A DNA stretch of 64,000 nt from Amoebophrya sp. A120 (Eukaryota; Protista; Dinoflagellata): the NCBI GenBank assembly GCA_905178155.1, contig CAJINV010000007.1, positions 2,275,151 to 2,339,150 on the forward strand, given 5' to 3'. Both the position numbers and the translations under genes were made by a program. This document shows positions 62,192 to 64,000 of this stretch, one piece after another; position 1 is the stretch's first letter; every line of letters starts with the position of its first letter. The notes beneath the pieces are model-generated. The model ran no database searches and was not told where the DNA came from. It saw only the letters and a program-made list of their open reading frames with translations.

Positions 62192-63092
62192 CTGGAAGTG
62201 TTTTTTACGACAAGGTTTAGGTCATTTTGTCATTATCTCCAAAATCATTTTCGCATCAAGAGAATCAAAGGACGATAGGAGTAGTTTCATTTATGAAACA
62301 AATACGGGCTAGAAAAGCGAGTCGAAGATGTATTAGCATAAGACTAGTACGGTTACGGTACTACATTCAAATAAAGAACTTCTGCTGGTGTGCGCAGCTC
62401 CATGCGCAACAAAGCCTTTCGCCCCCTTGCCCTACAGACAGTGAAGTTTGCTATCGGACGAGTAAAGAAGTAGAGAAGTAGATAGAGAGCGTCTATTATC
62501 CCTGTAAGCGACGTAACACAACAACAACGACGCTCGCTCGCATATTATGTACGAGAGCCTACTGCACCACCATCACCAAGAATACACAACTTTAGTTGAC
62601 GCACCATTATCCGCTCGGTCGTCGTGTCCAGGCGACTTACGACAAGACCAGAAAATCATGTCGCCATGGAGAAGGCCGACTCGCGGATTTGGATAGAAGT
62701 TATTCCTACACGTGGTCGTCGTCGTGTGATAGTCATAGTTGCATGCGTCATGTTGCAGCGTTGTTGCTCTTCAGAAGGCCAACGAAGGCGAAAATGGCAA
62801 TTGCAATAATTCGAATCGCCACAAAGAAGTAAGCCAACATCTTCCAATCTTAAAAATCACAAAATCCTTACAATTCTTGGCAAATCATGATAAATCCAAA
62901 AAACAGCCACAGCATCTTAGAGCTACAGTCTTTCTCACTTCTTTCCTCTTGACCAAGAGCATCGCCGATATTCCTTCACATCTGCCAAGGCTCCGTCTTT
63001 TCATCACTGCTCTCCGCATTCTGTATTTCTCCGTGGCCCGAGCACACTGCTTCCGCTTCGTCGAGGTCTACCGCGACTTCTACGTAGTCGGT

Positions 63093-64000
63093 TCAGTGCT
63101 TCTGTTCCTGATCCTGCGAGGACCTCCTCCTGTCATCTCCCCTCGCCGAATCAACACCGCTTGTAGTTGTGCCTCCAATCGCCGTGGCTGCCGTGCGGAG
63201 GAAATCCGACAGACCCTCGTGGACGTTCGAGCTGTTGTCCTCCGTGACACACCGAGAGAACGAGAGTCGTGGGCTCGAGGCTGGTGAAAGACTTCTTCTA
63301 CACGCGAGAACATCGGAGTCAGTTACAGCAACTTCACAAGAAGAAGACGATGGAGCAGTAGTCGTGGCTGGTGCAATGAAGCCGAACTCTTCACATATTT
63401 CCTCAACACCCAGGCTGGCTGTACTATGGTGCAGCTGCGCTGAGTCCTCTGACTGCGGTGGTGATACAAGAATTGCTGGGTTGTAAGACTTCTGTACGAT
63501 GCCGATGCGGTGCTGCTGGTCGTCTCTCGTCGGGTGGGAAGAACACGACGAGGAGGACACTGCGCAGCCACCTCCGATGGCGCAAGGGCCCCCGGTTGCT
63601 CCACCCGGCGCAGAGGCAGGAGTTATTCCACTGGCCGCCGGGGCTCCTCCTCCTGCAGCAGCACCCACAGGCGAATTCATCACAAACACAGGCATCTGCA
63701 CGATGGTCCAACCCATAAACATGTTGCCCGCGGGAATGCAGAGTGCCCCGTTTGGAAGGACGCTTGGTGCTGTTTCACCAGTTGGACTTGTTTCATTTGA
63801 CCTGGTGGTGATCACGGGAGAGGACCCGGCGGCGTTAATACAGGAGCTCCTTCTGCTGTAATCTGGCGATTGCTGCTGGTCTGCCCACTGTTCGTGATCT
63901 TGTTCCGTGGAGTATGAGGCTATGATCTTCGACGCGGACGAGCCTCCAGCACCACCTACTACATCATCAGCAGCTCCTGCAGCAGAAAAGGTGGTCTGGT
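63093..64000 (-). CDS. Hypothetical low-complexity protein, 5' end outside window
   Basis: Frame of ORF 63093..63815 remains open to the window edge. Confidence 0.55.
   Translation of the reverse strand, partial: QTTFSAAGAADDVVGGAGGSSASKIIASYSTEQDHEQWADQQQSPDYSRRSSCINAAGSSPVITTRSNETSPTGETAPSVLPNGALCIPAGNMFMGWTIVQMPVFVMNSPVGAAAGGGAPAASGITPASAPGGATGGPCAIGGGCAVSSSSCSSHPTRDDQQHRIGIVQKSYNPAILVSPPQSEDSAQLHHSTASLGVEEICEEFGFIAPATTTAPSSSSCEVAVTDSDVLACRRSLSPASSPRLSFSRCVTEDNSSNVHEGLSDFLRTAATAIGGTTTSGVDSARGDDRRRSSQDQEQKH

Noticed and set aside
62860-63095. Protein-like reading past in-frame TGA codons, suggesting stop-codon reassignment as reported for one Amoebophrya lineage
   Set aside because: Long ORFs here lack internal stops and conserved genes (NECAP, reductase) end at TGA at expected positions
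1-64000. tRNA/rRNA genes and an autonomous DNA transposase for the introners
   Set aside because: No cloverleaf, rRNA signature or DDE transposase other than the copia integrase recognised by eye

Overview
Eukaryotic, intron-containing DNA; every credible gene (about 15 plus a retrotransposon) lies on the minus strand. The one-directional gene block, the non-canonical inverted-repeat introns and a dinoflagellate spliced-leader-like motif suggest a syndinian/dinoflagellate parasite such as Amoebophrya (inference, not proven). Contents: a [2Fe-2S]-ferredoxin/flavin-reductase fusion, three tandem RING/TRAF-zinc-finger paralogs split by a full-length but frameshifted Ty1/copia LTR element, NECAP, a CRT-like transporter, a signal-peptide-bearing Ulp1/CE-clan protease, two PI-PLC X-domain paralogs and several low-complexity hypothetical proteins. 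The main signal is eight MITE-like elements (77-322 bp, four sequence families). All start TAT, end ATA, have terminal inverted repeats, ~5-bp direct repeats and a shared GCATNACAA motif. All sit inside coding sequence, and removing the element plus one direct repeat restores the reading frame without GT-AG ends. They therefore look like transposon-derived non-canonical introns (introners), and the main family occurs in both orientations.
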